DNA from: Scenedesmus sp. PABB004
Taxonomy: Eukaryota
DNA: 64,000 bases
Direction of reading: 5' to 3'
Assembly (NCBI GenBank): GCA_014905635.1
Contig: CM026548.1
Location: forward strand, 682,001 to 746,000
Below the pieces are notes generated by a model. It did not search any database and was not told the DNA's origin. It was given only the letters and a program-made list of their open reading frames with translations. Positions 1 through 12,735 of this stretch are shown one piece after another. Within the stretch, counting starts at the first letter, position 1; each line of letters opens with the position of its first letter. The position numbers were made by a program, and so were the translations under genes.

Positions 1-32
1 GGCCGCGGCGGCAGGCGGCGGCGGCGGCGCGC

Positions 33-3000
33 CTGCATGATGTTGGGGTGACTCAGCGCCGACGAGATGGCCGCCTCCATGATCGCCCTGCGGCGCGGCG
101 CGGCGCGGCGCGTTGGGCGAGGCGGTGGGGCGCGCGGTGCTGCAGTCGCCCGCGCAAGTCTGCCCCTGAGCGCGGAGGGGGGGGGGCAATGCAACGCCTC
201 GCTCACATCTTCTCGCGCTTCTCCTGCCCGCTCATGGCCTCCGGCAGCACGATCGTCTTGATCGCGACCACGCTGCCCTTCCACAGGCCCTTGTAGACCT
301 GCAGAGGGGACGGACACATCGCGGCGGCGGCGGGCGGGGTCGGCGCGCGCGCCGCGGCCGCGGCGGCGGGCGCGCGCCGCGGCGCGAAGGCCGCGGCGCC
401 GGCGGCGCGCGGGCGCACGGCCTGCGTGTGACCGCCCGCGCGGCGCACCTTGCCGTACGTGCCCTCGCCGAGCAGCTCGAGGCACTGGATGTGGTTCTCC
501 TCCGCGGTGGAGATGTTGGCGCGCGCGAGCTCGCGCCGCACCGCCTCGATGCGGTCTGCGCGCGGCGGTTAGGGGGCGCGCGGGTCAGCCGGCCGGCCCG
601 CCACGCAGGCGGCGGCGGCTGCGGTGCAGCGCGCGGCGCGCGGCGGCGCGGCGCGGCGCGCACCCAGCGCCATGCTGTGCCGGTTGCCCATGCCGCTGCT
701 GCCGCTGTTGGTCGCGGTGCCGCCGCTCGCCGCGGGCTGCGTGCCGACGAGCGCGGCGGCCTGGCTCTGGCAGTCGGCGATCGCCGCGAGCGCCTGGGGG
801 CTGTTCTCGCCGGGGCCGCAGGGGAAGCAGGCGATGAGGCCCGACATGCGGTAGAGCAGCGCCTCGGCGCGCGCCTTCTCCTCCTCCAGCCACGCCGTCG
901 TGCTGGCGAGCTTGTCGTTCGCCGCCTGCGCACGCAATCGCGGGGCGGGGCGGCGCGGGGCGCCGCGTGGGCCGCCGCCGCCGCACACACGCGGGCTCGC
1001 GCGCCGTGCGCCGCGCCAGCCCCCGGGTGGCCTGACGAGCCGGGCCAGCTTCTCTCAACGCACGGGCACTCCCTCGCACGCGAGCGCTCCCGTCCGAAGG
1101 TTGCTCCCCCATATATACAAACCACTACACCGCGCCGCGCACCTGCAGCTCGAGCGTGAGGCGCTCGTACTTGTCCTTGAGGTCGGCCTCCGCGGCGCGC
1201 TGCTCCGCGAGCAGGATGTAGTCGGCGCTGATGTCGTGCAGCGGGATGTCGCTCAGGAACACGCCGCTCGCCTGCGCGGGCGGGCGGCGGGCGGCGGGGC
1301 GTGTTAGTTGTTAGTTTTCGCGTTGTGTTGCGTCACGGCGACTGATGCCACGTCTGTGTGGTATTGAGGCGGGCGGCAAAGGCAGCGCGGCGGCGCCGGG
1401 GCCCTCTGCTGCCCCCTGCCCCTCCCTGCAGCGCCCCGCCGTGCCCCGTGTGCTCGCCTGCATCTCGCCGAGCCCGCGCACGCGCGGGGAGCCGAGGAAG
1501 ACGAGCACGCGGCACGGCGACGACGCGCCTGCCGGGCGGGCGGGTGGGGGGCGGGCGCGCGGGCGGCGGCACGCGCGGCGGGCGTGAGCGGCGGAGGAGC
1601 GAGGGGCCGCAACGCACGCCCCCGCGCGCGCGCGCGCGCGCGCGGGACAGAGAGGCGAGACAGGCGGCCGCGAGCGCGGAGCGGGCCCGCCGCGCGCCGC
1701 ACCCGGCAGCGTGACCTCTGTCGGCAGCATCTGTCCCTTGAGCGTGACGAGGCTCGCGCGCGCCTGCAGCACAAAGTGGTTGTTCGTGTGCAGCGCGATC
1801 GCGGCAAAGTCGAGCTGCACGTGCGCGGGGTGCTTGAACTGCACGCGGGCGGGCGCGGCGCGGGGACCGGGGCGCGCGAGTGGGCGTGGGCGCGGCGCGA
1901 GGGGGCTCAGCGCGGCGCCCGCGCGCAGCGGCCGCCGCAGCGCAGACGCCACGGCGGCCGCCGCCGCCGAGCCCTCCCGGCAGCCGCCGCCGCGCGCCCA
2001 GGGCACGGCCCCGCCCGCGCCCCCACCTTGAAGTGCTGGCGCAGGTGCTGCCCCTCGGCGAGCTCCGGCACGACGCGCGCGACGCCGGGGCCCCACTGCA
2101 GCAGCGTGAGGCCCTCGTCCATGATGAGGTGGAAGGGGTGCAGCTCGTAGAAGAGGGCCGGGGAGAGCGAGAACAGGCTCGCGCGCGCCTGCGCCGACGC
2201 GGCGCCCCAGCCGCGCAGCTGCGCCTGGTAGGGGTAGGAGAGCTTGAAGACCTGGCGGCGGCAGGGGAGGGCGGCGGCGGGGAGGGCGGGGGAGGCGGGC
2301 GGCGAGTCGGTGGGCGGCGAGCGGGCGGCGAGGGCGCGGCGCGGCGGCGAGGGCGTCGTCGGCGCTGGCGCACCTCGTGGTCGCAGTCGCCCGCCTCGCG
2401 CGAGCGCAGCAGCTCGACGCGCAGCTCGCCCTGGAGCTTGAAGTACGTCCCTGCCATGCCCCGTAGCACGCCGCGCACGATGGGCCACAGCCCCGGCCGG
2501 CTGCTGTAATAGTGCAGCACCAGGCTCTCGGGCGTCACCTGGCGCGGGGCGGCGCGGCGCGTCGGCGACGCGTGCGCGCGGCGGCAGCAGCGCGGCGGCG
2601 CCACGGGCGGCGACGCCACTGGCGGCGGCGGGCGGCCCGCCGGCGCCGCACCTCCTCGCAGCGGAACGCAGGGGCGATCATCTCGGGCCAGTGGTGGCTG
2701 AGGTGGAGGTGCAGGTTGTTCAGGTTCTGCAGGAACTCCGCCAGGTTGCTGCCCAGCACCGCCAGCAGCTTGGTGTAGCCCTGCAACGCGGCGGCGGCGG
2801 CGGCGGCGTGGGCACGGGCGCCCGGCTGCTGGCAGCCCGCGCCGCTGCTGCTGCTGGCGCCGCTGCCGCAGCTGCTGCCGCTGCGTCTGCTGCTGCCGCG
2901 CCGCTGCCACCGCTGCTGGCGCTGCCGCCCCGTGCGCATGCCAGGCCGGGGCCTGCGCACCTGGTCGCTGAGGTACTGGATGAAATAGAGGCCATACGCC

Positions 3001-3421
3001 TCCAGCGCATCGTTCACGCTCACGCCGAGGATGCCGGCGGCGGTCACAACGATGCTGCGGCGCGGCGGCGGCAACGCGGTGAGCGCGCGCGGGCCGCTGC
3101 TGCGCGCGGGCCGCTGCTGCGCGCAGGCCGCTGGTGCGCGCGCGCCGCCGGGCGCGCGCGCGCTGCCCCCGCGGCTCACTCATAGGTGACCTTGTCGGAG
3201 TAGGGGCAGGACGAGACCTGCGCGTGCGCATGCGCGCAGCGGCGGGGCGATCAGCGGCTGCGGGCGCCCGCGGCGGCGCGCGCGGCAGCGGCGCGGCGCT
3301 GCACACGGCCGCGCACCCAGGTCGCCGGCACTTGGGACGCCGTGAGCACCTCCTCCCACTTGTCGGCGCCGAAGGTGTCGGTGATGAAGGCCTGCACCGA
3401 CAGGTTGATCCAGCCCAGCAT
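33..3421 (-). CDS. H-NOX (HNOB) + PAS/HNOBA + coiled coil + Ser/Thr protein kinase fusion; partial, continues off the window start
   Basis: 13 in-phase exons: 3421-3317, 3217-3180, 3054-2961, 2780-2652, 2538-2374, 2251-2027, 1838-1703, 1528-1458, 1271-1143, 925-664, 555-449, 298-207, 87-33. sGC-like motifs MLGWIN, FLQNLNNLHLHL, MIAPAFRC, HYYSSRPGL, FYELHPFHLIMD, LKGQM, FLGSP, FLSDIPLHD, LEEEKARAEALLYRM. These are followed by kinase motifs LGEGTYGKV, VAIK and AIMEAAISSALSHPNI. Confidence 0.9.
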
Positions 3422-4309
3422 CGCGCCGGCGGCCGCGGCTGCGGCTGCGGCGACGGCGGCGCCGCCGTCGCGCGCGCGTGGGCCGCCGCGGCGCCGCCGC
3501 CGCCCCGCAGCCCGCCCCAGCGACGCCCAGGCCACCGCCCGGGCCTGCCAGCGCGCCCGGGCGGCCCGACGCGGCGGCGGCGCGGCGCACCGGCCTGCGA
3601 GGGCGACCCTGGCGACTCGGCGTAGCTCCCGGGCCCCTCCCGCTCACGTGCACGCCCCGCTGGGCGCACCGCCCGCCCGGGCACGCATGCTGCCGGTGAA
3701 GAACGCCTGGGCGGGGTCGGCTGGGCGCGGCGGGCGGCCGGGGCGGGGCTGACAGGCGGAGGTGAGCAGGTGCGCGCACGCCGCGCGGGCCGCGGGAGAG
3801 CACGACCCGGGCTGTGAGGCGGGGAGGGCGCTGCTTCTACGGCGGCGGGGGGCGTCCAGGCGCGCCAGGGCTGCGGCCGGAGATGCACGAGAGCATGTGT
3901 TGCGCCCGCGAACCCGGCATGACAAGCGCGCCCCGTCTCCGCCCGCGCGAGACAGCCCGCGACGATCAACCCGCCACGCGGAGCGCACCAGCGCGACTTG
4001 GCACCGCGCGGGGGGCCTTGGAGCAGCAGCGCCGCGCCCGGCCACCAGCGCTCCACAAGGCCCGCGTCCCGCTGTTCGGAGTGCCGTTTGCGGACATGCA
4101 ACGCGCACCCGCGCGCGCCTAGGCGCCCCGGGCTGGTGGGGCGCGGCGCCTCGGTGCGCAGCGTGCCCCGCGCGCCCCGGGGCGCGGCCGTGCAGGCTTG
4201 GCGGAGCCCGGACGCTCGCTCGCGGGCGGGCTGCGCCGCCAGAGCAGGCGCTGGCCCGGACAGCTGGCAGCCGGCTCACACGCCGCTCGTTCGCTCGCGC
4301 AGGGGCGCC

Positions 4310-5728
4310 ATGGGCGGCAAGGACGCCCGCAAGCAGCGGCCGCCGGATGAGGAGATCAGGTCAGGCGGCGCGGGGGCCGCCGCGCGCGCGCCGCGCGCCG
4401 CGGCGGGCGCAGCCTGGCGCGCCGCTGCCGCCGACCGCCGCCCGCCGCCGCGCCCGCGCGCGCAGGCGGGCGCTCTGGCGCGTCGCCGCGCGCGTGCCGT
4501 GGCCGGCCGTGCTCGCGGTGTGCCTCTACCTCCCCGGCATCGTCCTCTGGGCGGTCTACAGCCTGCGCTGCAAGGCGAGCACGTTTGTGTTCCTGACCAC
4601 CATCGCCTCTGTGAGCCAGGAGACGGTCGACGGCGTGACCAACACCGTCAACACCACGCTCATCACGCTCGCCGCGGGCGGGACGTTCATCTTTGCGCTG
4701 CTGCTCGTGCTCGCGATCGCGCGCAGCGTGCAGCGCAGCGGCCTCGCGCCCGACGCGGCCTGCCCCTGCGGTGCGCCCTGCCGCCGCCGCGCCGCCGCGC
4801 CGCTCCCTCTCTGCTCCACCCACCCTTCACCTTCCTCCCTCGCCGCCGCTCGCCGCTCGCCGCCCACCACTCACCACTCGCCACGCCGCGCCACTCACCA
4901 CGCCGCGCAGCGCGGCCAAGCCCGAGCTCGCTCTACCTGTACCGCGTGTTCAACCTAGGGTTTAACATCATCGTCTTCTTCGTAAACATGGCCATCATCC
5001 TGCTCATGATGGGCGCGTTCCTCTGGCTCGTCGTCGCGTACGCGGCAAACGTGTCGATCAAGTTTGGCGTGCGGTGCGCGCGCGCGGGCGGGCAGCGGGC
5101 GCCGGCGCGCGCCGGCGCCTGCGCCGCTTTGCCCTGCGCGCCGCGCGCCGCCCACGGCCGCACGCCGCCGCCCACGCCCACACGCCGCCACGCGCCGCAG
5201 CGACGCGGCCGAGAACGGCGTCGACCCGGTCAGCGAGTTTCAGCTCGCCAACCACAACTACACGACCGTCGTGTCGTCGTACGAGCGCCAGCTCGCGGCC
5301 GCGCCGCCGTGCGTGTCCAACGGCACGTGGCTGCGCGGCATCAACGCGAGCATACGAGGCATCCTCGCGCCGCCGCCCAACGCGACCGACGGCGCCAACA
5401 CGTTCCTCTGCCCCCAGAGCTGCCTCAACCTCGGGAGCTTCGCCACGCTCTTCAAGCTGAGCCAGAACTGCATCTGCAACGCCGCCGCGCTCTACGCGCT
5501 GCAGCAGCACAGCCTGACCGTGTCGACCGAGGCCGGCGCCGCGCTGGGCGGGTCGATCCTCATCTACCTCGCCTGCTGCTGCCTGCACGCGTACCTCATC
5601 AGCCAGCACGTCCACGCCGGCTACGATTACCGCGCAGCGAAGCAGCAGTACGCCGCGATGCTCAAGCAGCGGCGCCGCCGCGCCGGCGGCGCCGACGGCG
5701 GCGGCGGCGGCGCGCAGGGGCCGGGCGA

Positions 5729-5763
<35 letters not shown>

Positions 5764-6665
5764 GCGGCGGCGCCGTTGACGCGGCGTGGGAGACCGGCGG
5801 CGGCGACCTGGAGGCGGGCCTCGGCGGCGTGGAGCGCAGCCTCAGCCGCAGCCGCAGCCGCAGCGCCAACGGCGCGGCGGGCCGCCTCTCCGGCGACGGC
5901 GGCCCCCCGTTTGAGGCCGGCGGCGCCGCCGGCGGCGGCGCGCCAGCAGCAGCGGCGGCGGCCGTTGCCTGGCACGGCAGCGCGCGCAGCGGCCACAGCC
6001 CGCTGGGGCGGCACAGCCACCAGAGCAGCGGCGGCAGCGGCGCGGCGGCGCCCGGCCCGGGCGGCGCGCCGCAGCACGGGCGGCAGCGCAGCACGAGCGC
6101 GAGCGGCAGCAGCAGCGGCGGCGGCGGCGCGCGCGCGCCGGCGGCGTGGGCGGGCCCCAGCGCCGCGGAGCTGGCGCTGCTGGCGCGCGCGAGCCCGCAG
6201 CTGGGCGTGCCGGCGCGCCTGTCGAGCTTTGGCAGCGTCGAGGAGCACCGGCAGCACATCGACCAGCGGGCCTACCACCCAAGCGGCAGCGCGACGCTCG
6301 GCGCGCCGGGGCGCCACGGCGGCGCGCGCGCGGGCAGCGAGGGCCGCTCCAGCGCGGGCAGCATCCGTGAGCTCCTCTCGGGCGCGGTGCCGCTTGAGCC
6401 GCACGGCGGGCAGCACCTGTCGCACGGCGGCGGCGGCGCTGCAGCGCCCGGCCGGCCGGGCGGCGGGCTGCACAAGGCCAGCAGCAGCGGGGGGTCATTT
6501 GAGAGCATGATCTATCACTCCCCCCGCACCAGCGATGCCGGCGCCGCCGGCGGCAGCAGCCCCGGCGGCGCGGCGCTCGCGGGCGCCGCGGTCGCGGCGG
6601 GCGTGCTTGACCTCAGCCCCGCGGGGCTGGGCCGCCTCGCGGCGGCGGCGCCCGCGGGCTGGGGC

Positions 6666-6696
<31 letters not shown>

Positions 6697-7585
6697 GCGC
6701 GGGCCGGCCGGCCGCCGGCGGCGGCGCGCCGGCGGCGATCCTGGAGAGCTCGGGCGAGCTGCCGGGCCCGCTGGCCGCGCCCGACGGCGCCGCCGCCGGC
6801 GACACCGTGCGCAGCGCCGCGAGCGGCGCGAGCGACGGCAGCTGGACCGGCAGCGGCCGCCGGCGCAGCCACCGGCGGGGGCAGGCGTTTGACTTCAGCC
6901 GGGTGCCCGCAAACTTCCTGACGGTCGAGTGCCTGGAGGAGCAGCAGGCGCGCTCGGCGGGCGCCAGCCGGCCGTGCTCGCCGCCCGCAGGCGCCGCCGG
7001 CGGCGACGGCGGTGCCGCGCCGCCGCAGTGGCCAGACGCCCCGCAGCAGCCCTCTGCTGCTGCGGCGGCCGGCGCCGGCCGCGACGAGGCGGGACCCGCA
7101 GGCCTGGCGGCGCGGCGCCACGTCGCCCCGCCGGCGCTGCTGCAGCTGCCGGGGCAGGCGCGGTCGGTGGAGCCGTCCCCCGCCAGCCCCGGCGGCGAGC
7201 CGGCGCGCCTGCCATTTGCCTCGCCACTGCTGCCGCCGCCGGAGCAGCAGCAGCTGCTGCTGCAGCAGCAGCAGCAGCAGCTCGCGCTGCTCCTGCAGCA
7301 GGAGGAGGACGCGCAGTCGCACCGCTGGCAGCCGCACGCGGGCGCCCCGCACCACCACCGCCAGTGGAGCACGCCGAGCGCCGGCGGGTCGTCGCTGGGC
7401 GCGGCCAGCGCCGCGGGCAGCGGCGGCGCCGGCGCGTACGGCCCGCCGCCGCAGTACGGCGGCCACCACCACCAGCACGCGCACTCGGCGGCCGCGGCGG
7501 CGCCGTCGTCGTCGTACGGTGCCAACGCGTACGGCCACGCCGCCGGCTACGGCGGCCCCGCCCCCCTCGCGCCCTACCTGCCCCT

Positions 7586-7618
<33 letters not shown>

Positions 7619-8284
7619 GAGCCCCGTGAGCGGCGCGAGCCTGTTTGTCACGCCCACGGGCTCGCCCGCGCACGGTGGCGGCGGCGGCACGCCGCTCGGC
7701 ACGCCGCGCCCGGGCGGGCTGGTCGGGCTGATGCCTGGCGGGCTCGGGCTCGGCGGGCTGGGCGGGCTCGGCCTCGGCGGCGGGCCGGGCGTGCAGCCGC
7801 TGGGCGGCGCGGGCCCGAGCGCCGGCGCCGGGCTGGGCGCGCCGCCGCCCAGCCCCGGCGGGCTCGGCATGGTCGGGCTGCCGCCGGCGCCGCTGCAGGG
7901 CATCCCCGAGGCCGCCGCCAGCTACGGCGACGCCGGCGCCGGCGGCGGCGCCGAGGGCCCGTCGCAGCCGCAGGCCTACGGCGTGCCGGACGTCGCGGCG
8001 GGCTCGCCGCTGGAGCGGCGGCGCAGCGGGTACCGCAGCTCGATGCGCAAGGTGCGCGCCGCGCGCGCCGCGCGCGCTGGGTGCGCCGCGCTGCGTGCGT
8101 GCGGCCCTCGGCGCGCCGCGCCGCCCGCCCGCTCACCGCGCCGCCCGCCCGCGCCGCGCGCCAGGGCCTGCTGGCATATGACCAGTACAAGCACCGTCAG
8201 CGCTACCAGGAGCAGGTGACCGCGCCGCTCGACCCCCGCACCGAGCTGAGCCGGCGCTACCGCAACCGCGTGCCCGCGGTGTGA
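4310..8284 (+). CDS. Four-transmembrane protein (possibly PLP/M6-like) with a long low-complexity C-terminal tail
   Basis: In-phase exons 4310-4359, 4466-4770, 4911-5073, 5201-8051, 8166-8284. Four hydrophobic segments, and a Cys-rich loop with NxS/T sequons between TM3 and TM4. Confidence 0.7.
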
Positions 8285-8986
8285 CGCGCGCCGCACGCTG
8301 GACGCACGCACGGCCGCATGCGCGCCCGCCCTGGGGGCGCGCGCCGGCAGCTTTGACGAATGTTTTTGACACGTTTGATTCGTGTTTGACCCCCTGCGAG
8401 CACCTGGATTGGCGCCGCCGGCGGCAGCCAACCGCCACGACAGAACCAACCTGGAGCCCCCCGCGCCGCGCCGAGCTGGCGCCGCGCGCACAGGGGACGG
8501 CGTCCGACCGCTCTGTCTCTTTTGCGCATTCGAGAGCAGCAGGGGGCGCACCCCCCTGCGCTTGGTTCTTGAGCTTGTTTGCCGGCGGCGCGCGCAGCGC
8601 GGCTCCGAGGCTCGCGCGCGGCTGGCCGCGCCCGCGCGCCTGTGACGAGCAGCCGTTCGAGCTCCGCCGCCCGCCTGCCGCCGTGGGGCGCGTCCGTCCA
8701 GGCAGCCACAGCCGCAGCCGCGCGCAGCGTCATCAGCAGCGGCGTCACCAGCAGCGGCACCCGGCACCGGGCAGCAGCGGCGGCGGTGGTGGCTTGGTGC
8801 CGCGCCCCGCCTGTCATGCCACACCCGGCCCGCGGGGCGCGCTCAGCCGGCGCAGCGGACCGCGCAGCGGGCCTGGACGCGGCACAAGGCTCCGTTTGTT
8901 GCCCGCCCGGCTGCCGCTGCTGCCCAGATCGCGTGGCAGGCGCGCCACGCGCGCAGATCGCGTCCTGCACCCGCCATCCGCTCGCC

Positions 8987-9687
8987 ATGGCGCCCTCGTC
9001 GTCGGTGGATGGCCTGGCACACCAGCTGCGGCAGCTGGACATGGAGCAGCTCAAGGACGGCGCCAGCCAGGTGGCCGCCGAGAGTGAGTCGGCCTCCTAG
9101 AGCAGCGCCGAGGGTGGGCGGCGCCGGCGGCAGCGGCGGCGGCGCCACCGCCGCCGCTGCCGCCGCTGCTGCCGCCGGTGACGCCGTGCGACGATCGCGG
9201 CGGGGCGCCGCAGGCGAGCAGCAGCTCACCCACTTGCCCTCCACAAACTTGCCGTCCGCCCTGCAGGCATCAAGCTCGCCGCGGACATCACCGCCACCGC
9301 CGACTCTGCCATCCACAGCGCCAAGCGCACCGCGCGGTAAAAAAATCGCTCAGCGGCGCGCGCCGGCGCTCGCTCGCCGCGCCCGCCGCCCACGCGTGCC
9401 CCGCCGCGCGCCGCCGCGCCCGCGCGCAGCGTGGGGCTCAACATGGATGACTACGACCCCAACCGCGGCTGCCCCGCGGTGCTGAAGCTCTACGGCCACG
9501 TGCTGGAGAAGGGCTGGCAGGCGGGGTCGCTGCTCGGCGTCGTCGGCGGCGCGCCCGCGCTCGCGTTCCTCACGCAGCGCCGCGGCGAGGACCCGCTCGC
9601 CGACCCCGCGGGCCTGCTGCTGCGCGCGGCCGCGTACACGGCGGCCGGCGCGACGGCGCTCTCGGGTGCGCGCCGGCGGCGTGACGC

Positions 9688-9721
<34 letters not shown>

Positions 9722-10072
9722 GCCGCCCGCACACCCGCGCGCGCGCGCGCACACGCCCCCGCGCGCGCAGGCGTCGCGGGGCTGGCCAAGTTTCTCACGC
9801 TCACGCGCGAGGGCTTTGAGGACCGGGCATACCGCCTCCACTACAACCAGAGCCTGCAGCGGAACGACCGCTTCGCGCACGGGGGCATGCTCCTCGGCGT
9901 CGCGGCGGCGGCGTACCTCTACGGCACCAAGCCCAGCGCCGAGCGCGGCGTGCACCTCGCGGGCGGCGCGGCGCTCGGCACCGCGGCGGGCGTCGTCGCG
10001 CACCTGCTCACGCGCCCCGCGGCGTACCGCACGCCCAACACCATGTTTGCGGAGCTGCGCTTCTCCAGCTGA
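8987..10072 (+). CDS. DUF1757-like small membrane protein
   Basis: 4 exons from ATG 8987 to TGA 10070-10072. Motifs HVLEKGWQAGSLLG and EGFEDRAYRLHYNQ..DRF resemble DUF1757 (from memory). Confidence 0.6.
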
Positions 10073-10369
10073 GCTTCCTCCGGCTGAGCGCCGCCTCTCC
10101 GGCTGAGCGCCGCTCCGCCGTCCGCGCGGCGCGGCCGCAGCGGCCACGGCGGCGCGCGCGGCCGCGCCACGGCCGGCCAGCCGCGCGGCCGGCAGCCAGC
10201 GGGGCGTTTGCTCCCCCTCTCTCTCTCCCTCCCTCTCTCTCTCTCTCTCTCAAACGCACGCACTGCATCTGCACGGGGGCGCAGGGGCCGGGGCCGCGCG
10301 CGCACAAACGCGGCGCGGGGGAGCGGCGGCCGGCGGGCGGTGGGTCGGTCACGTTGGTCAACGCGGAGG

Positions 10370-10374
10370 TTACA
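10370..10374 (-). promoter_or_regulatory. TGTAA polyadenylation signal downstream of the AIP2-like gene
   Basis: TTACA on the + strand about 310 nt past the stop codon; TGTAA is the established chlorophyte poly(A) signal. Confidence 0.45.
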
Positions 10375-10686
10375 CACTGAGTTACCCAGTACGCCAAGAC
10401 GCGTCCTGGCGGGGACGCGGGGCAGGACGCGCAGGACGCTGACCGCTGGCCAGGACGCCGCGCCGCCCGCGGCAGCAGCTGGCTGCGCGCGCTCAGCGCC
10501 TCCGCGAACCGCGCGCCGCGGCCACGCATTTCCCACGACGATTAAAAGCGAACGCGGGCGTTGCCGCGCGGCAGCGTGCAGCGTGACCGCCGCGGCGGCG
10601 CCGCCGCTGCTCAGCGGTTGGAGTCCTGAGCGTCCCGTCCCGGGTCAGGGCGTGGGCGTCCTGGAGCACGTCCTGGGTATCACAGG

Positions 10687-12207
10687 TTACACATACATAA
10701 ACTCATTATGAGAGAGCGCTGCGGCGGCGCCCGCGGCCGCCGCCGCCTCCTCCGCGGCGCGCTCCTTGGCCGCCTCGTACACGCCGTCGTCGGTGGGAAG
10801 TTCGGCGCGGCACACCGGGCAGCTGTTGTTGCCTGCCAGCCACGGCGCCTGCACGCGGCGCGGGCGGGGCGGCGCGGGCGGTGCGGCGCGCACGTGGGCG
10901 GGCCGGACCACGCGCGCCGCGACTCGGGCGGCGGCCGCCAGCCCCCGCTCTGCCCTGCCAGCCCGCCCGCCCGCCGTCCCGCAAGCTCACCAGGCAGGGG
11001 ACGTGGAAGACGTGGCTGCACGGCAGCTGCTGCACCGCCTCGCCGGCGCCGACGCGCAGCTCCTCTGCACACACCGGGCACGCCGTGCCCGGCCCGCCCA
11101 CCGCCGCGAGCGCGGCGTCGCTGTCGAGCGCCACCACCGGCAGCGCCGCGACGGCGCGCTTCGACGCAGGCGGCCGCGCCGGCGCCGCGCCGGCGCCGGC
11201 CTCCTCCGTGATCCTGTGGGTGTGTGTGGGGGGGGGGGAGGCAGCAGCGCCGTCGGCGCGCGGCAGCACGCACGGCGGCGGCGGCGCCCACGCGCGCCGC
11301 GGGGCCCCGCACCGCGACAGCAGCGCCTCCAGCTCGGCTCGCGGGAGCTGGCCCGCCAGCGCCTCCAGCACCAGCACCTCGTCAGCGCCCGGCTGCTCCC
11401 GCCCCTCCTGCTGCTGCTGCTGCTGTCCCCGCTGCCCCCGCTGCTGCTGCTGCTGCTGCCCCTGCTGCTGCTGGGGCTCCGCGGCGCCCGCGTCCGCCTG
11501 CGTGCCGTGCCGCTGCAGCCGCAGCAGCAGCTCATCCACGCTCGGCGGCGCCCCGCCCGCGGCCGCGGCCGCCGCCGCCGCCGCCGCCGCCGCAGCAGCA
11601 GCGGGGGCCGGCACGGGGCCGTGGTCCAGCACGAGCCCGGCGTCGCTCAGGTGGCTCGGCGCGGCCGCCGGCGGCGGCAGGCCCAGCAGCAGCTCGCCGA
11701 GCGTCTGCTGCCGCGGCGCCGCCGCGCCGTCGCCGCCCTCGCCCGAGTCTTCGCCGAGGAACGCCGCCGCCGCGGCGGCGTGGCGCTGCAGCTGGGGCAG
11801 GTGCGCCTCGCGCAGGCCCGGCTCGGCGCTGGCCGCCGCCTGCGGGCGGCGGGCGTCGACGACGCGGCGCATGAGGTGAGGCGGCGGCGCACGAGGCGAG
11901 GCACGCGCCGCTGGCCACCGCGCGCGGCGCATGCATGCTGTGCACCCCCCACTCCCGCACTCACAATGGCTGCGGCGAACAGGGCCTCGCCGGCGCGCCA
12001 GGCGGGCACGGTCGTGTAGCGCGCCGCGAGCAGCTGCGCCACGCGGCCCACGAGCGCCAGCAGCGCGCGCAGCTGCGCGCCGCCGTCGCCCGCCGCCAGC
12101 GCCGGGGCGAGCGCCGCCGTCAGCGCCTGCACCGCCGGCACGAAGCTCGCGCGGCGCTCGAGCAGCGGACGCAGCGCGGCGGCGTCCGCCGCTGCGACCA
12201 TCGTCAT
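10687..12207 (-). CDS. AIP2: RING-H2 E3 ubiquitin ligase, AIP2-like
   Basis: [49 protein letters not shown]. The N-terminal [15 protein letters not shown] and the C-terminal EFMYV* match plant AIP2. Confidence 0.85.
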
Positions 12208-12735
12208 GCCGGCCGGCAGCGCGCTGGCGGTGTGCGGGGTGGGGGCGTGTGTTGTGTGTGTGAGCGAGGGAGCGCTGCGGCCGCGGCGCGCAGAAGCGCG
12301 CTGCGCCTTCGCTGCGCCGCCGCTGCGCCGCGCCTCTCAACCCGGCCCGCCGCCGCCGCGCTCCCTCTCTCTCGACCGTTGCGGATCCGGACCGCAGGAG
12401 GAGGCGGTGGTGGGCGGCGCCCCAAGGCGGGCTGGCCCGCTCTCACGCACCGGCGGGCGCAGACCTCCCTAGCGGCCCACGCGCGTCCCAGGTGCGCGAC
12501 CGGGGCGCCGTCGCCGCCAGCGCGCGCCGGGTCGGGGCGCGCGGCGTCAAACGCGCGGGCTGGCCGCGGGCAGCGGGCGCGTCGGGCCGCCTCGCCGGCG
12601 TGCCCTTCGGCCGCCAGGTCGCAGCCCACGCGGCGCCGCGCGGCGCGGCGGGGCCTGGCGGGCACGGAATTGCGGCGGGGCAGCACCCGCAAACAGCCCC
12701 GCTGCCTCGCCCCGCAGGCGCCTCGGCTCGGCTCA

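Noticed and set aside
1304..1370. Possible alternative terminal exon (QYHTDVASVAVTQHNAKTNN*) in the H-NOX gene
   Set aside because: It lies inside intron 1457-1272 and contains tandem CTAAC branch-point-like motifs; I see no convincing acceptor for it.
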